Below are positions 61,930 through 64,000 of a stretch of 64,000 nt of DNA, one piece after another. The stretch lies in contig NC_059439.1 in assembly GCF_021028975.2 (NCBI RefSeq), positions 35,278,001 to 35,342,000 on the forward strand, in the 5' to 3' direction. Positions within the stretch are counted from its first letter, which is position 1; every line of letters starts with the position of its first letter. This stretch comes from Sphaerodactylus townsendi (lineage: Eukaryota). The notes beneath the pieces are model-generated. The model had not been told where the DNA came from, did not search any database, and saw only the letters and a program-made list of their open reading frames with translations. A program made the translations under genes and the position numbers.

Positions 61930-62530
61930 CAGAGCATAAATAGATAAGGTATATATAGACGAAGTAGTACAGAAACTGAGATTTATCAAACAGAACAATT
62001 TGAGTGGGCTACTAAACCCGGAAAATGGCTACCTAACAAACTAAGAAAACAAAAAGATTCTAATATAGGCTCATTCCGCACATGCAGAATAATGCACTTT
62101 CAAACTGCTTTCAGTGCTCTTTAAAGCTGTGTGGAATGGCAAAATCCATTTGCAAACAGTTGTGAAAGTGGTTTGAAAATGCATTATTTTGCTTGTGCGG
62201 AAGGGGCCATAGTTAGGGCTTTATGGAAGAAAGGCATAATAACTACACATGATATAGAAATAGAGAATTGTCTGGTAAACTATTATGAAAATTTATATAC
62301 AGATAGATTAAAAACAAATAATGAAGAAATACAAAAATGTTTTTAAAGGTTTTCCCCTATAAATGGACAAGATTTGAAAGAACGGAATAAACCCATAAAG
62401 AGTTTGAAATACAAGAAGTAATTAATTCCTCAAAAAATGATAAAGCCCCAGGCCCGGATGGATTATCAGAAAAAATATTATAAACAGCAATCTCCTATAT
62501 TAGTGCCTAAATCAAACAAGTAATTAATAC
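61930..62530 (+). mobile_element. Degenerate L1/Tx1-like ORF2 fragment with nested MITE (62068-62208, ATA TSD)
   Basis: FEWATKPGKWL...NYYENLY...KAPGPDG motifs. Confidence 0.65.
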
Positions 62531-62747
62531 TAATTAAGTGCCACCAGGTTGCAGTCGACTTACAGAGACTTGTCCGGGGTTTGATTCAAGGGATCAACAG
62601 AAGTGTGAATGTGAATTTTTATTACAAATGGTTTCTTAGCCCCCTTGGTGGCCCCGATGAAGACAGAAAGGTGGAATGATTTTGTAATTTTTCTTTAAAA
62701 GAAACAAAGAATGAATATTCAAACTGATTAAAGTTTACATTTTGCAG

Positions 62748-63120
62748 GAACTGTTCAGGGAGACTCCATCTTCCAAACAGAAGCGCCTGTCGCCGTTCAA
62801 GAGGGACAAACTGTTTTGTTACCATGCGGTCGCATACGACATCCCTTATTTATTGCTCTTAAGTGGAATCTTTTACTGGGTAAGGAACAACACTTACCTG
62901 AATGGCTTAGCCCGAGGCTCTGCTGGCCAGCCACGGCTTTGATCAGGAAATGAGGGTGAGCAAGGAGGAAGCACAGGAGGGGGTTTGCAGCTCGCCTCAA
63001 TAAGCAAGAGTCCTCCTTCAACCTGACAAAGGACTTCGGGGAGCTGAGAGACTCAGCCGTCTACTTCTGTGCCTTGAGTGGCACAGTGAAGAGGGTGGCA
63101 GGAAGAGACAGACAAAAATC
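62748..63120 (+). pseudogene. Frameshifted TRAV segment V9 with intact 23-RSS
   Basis: Acceptor tttgcag at 62747. The 5' frame reads GDSIFQTEAPVAVQEGQTVLLPC and a different 3' frame reads [17 protein letters not shown]...[20 protein letters not shown] (63082) + 23 nt + ACAAAAATC. Confidence 0.8.
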
Positions 63121-63222
63121 CACCGAGTGGCACTAATTCTCATCCACCACACTGTAATAAGGAGACTTTCTTTTTCCACCGAAGTAAAATGGATCACAGT
63201 GTCTGGTAGTTTATAACATGTC

Positions 63223-63547
63223 CTTCTTCACGCAACGTGTGGTTGGTGTTTGGAATATGCTGCCACAGGAGGTGGTGATGGCCACTAACCTGGATAGCTT
63301 TAAAAGGGGCTTGGACAGATTTATGGAGGAGAAGTCGATTTACGGCTACCAATCTTGATCCTCTTTGATCTGAGATTGCAAATGCCTTAACAGTCCAGGT
63401 GCTCGGGAGCAACAGCCGCAGAAGGCTCTTGCTTTCACATACTGCATGTGAGCTCCCAAAGGCACATGGTGGGCCACTGCGAGTAGCAGAGAGCTGGACT
63501 AGATGGACTCTGGTCTGATCCAGCTGGCTTGTTCTTATGTTCTTATG
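63223..63547 (+). mobile_element. CR1 LINE 3' fragment
   Basis: Same family as 11226-11632. Confidence 0.9.
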
Positions 63548-64000
63548 TCCTTCAGAAATATGAGCTGTTAACCATCTGGAAGCACTGTGCAGTCCATCCT
63601 TTATATTGTCAATGACTTCACCCTGCCTGTCTGTTCCCATTCTAGGTCCTAAGAAACCTACACAAATCAGAATTTGAGTTGGGTTTTGTCTAAAAACTGA
63701 GATAAATCTTCAGCAGAGTAAAATTCCATACAGTTCATCCATCTTCCAAAGCGGCCATTTTTTCCAGGTGAACGGATTTCTATCACCTGAAGATCAGTTG
63801 TAATCTCAGGAGATCTCCAGGTACCATCTGGAGGCTGACAACTCTGTGTATCATTCAGGAACTAGAGTGATCCATAATCTCCCATGGTATCAGAAAGTAG
63901 CCTGCTCAGGCTTTCTTGCACTACCAATGTGAATCAAATTTAAATCTGTTATCTCACTTTCAGGCAATGGAAGCCCAGAATAGTAATTGTGCTCTGAAGA

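Noticed and set aside
36671-63120. Immunoglobulin light/heavy or TCR beta V assignment
   Set aside because: Framework motifs (YFCA-x-SD, SFHL-x-K, GFEA), 23-type RSSs and the OR10 linkage fit TRAV. No Ig octamer promoter or CASS ending was seen.

Overview
Vertebrate genomic DNA, most likely a squamate reptile and probably a gecko (inferred from the repeat content only). The window covers the junction between an olfactory receptor (OR) cluster and the 5' end of the T-cell receptor alpha (TRA) variable-gene array. From 1 to 32.4 kb there are five intact single-exon class II family-10 ORs: three OR10G-like, one OR10D-like and one OR10S1-like. From 36.6 to 63.1 kb there are nine + strand TRAV-type segments. 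Seven have a phase-1 leader exon, a V exon and an RSS; one has no recognisable leader; one is frameshifted. A truncated V relic is also present. Between the last OR and the first V is a repeat-free block with composite homeodomain/O-E motifs resembling the mammalian OR enhancer H, followed by a CTCF-like motif. One three-member V subfamily appears to use a 24-nt RSS spacer. The rest is dense in transposable elements: tRNA-derived SINEs, CR1, Rex1, L2, L1-like and RTE-X-like LINE fragments, Penelope, a Helitron, and hAT, Harbinger and Tc1 MITEs. Several N gaps and indel-rich patches suggest assembly artefacts. Family assignments come from recalled motifs, not from database searches.
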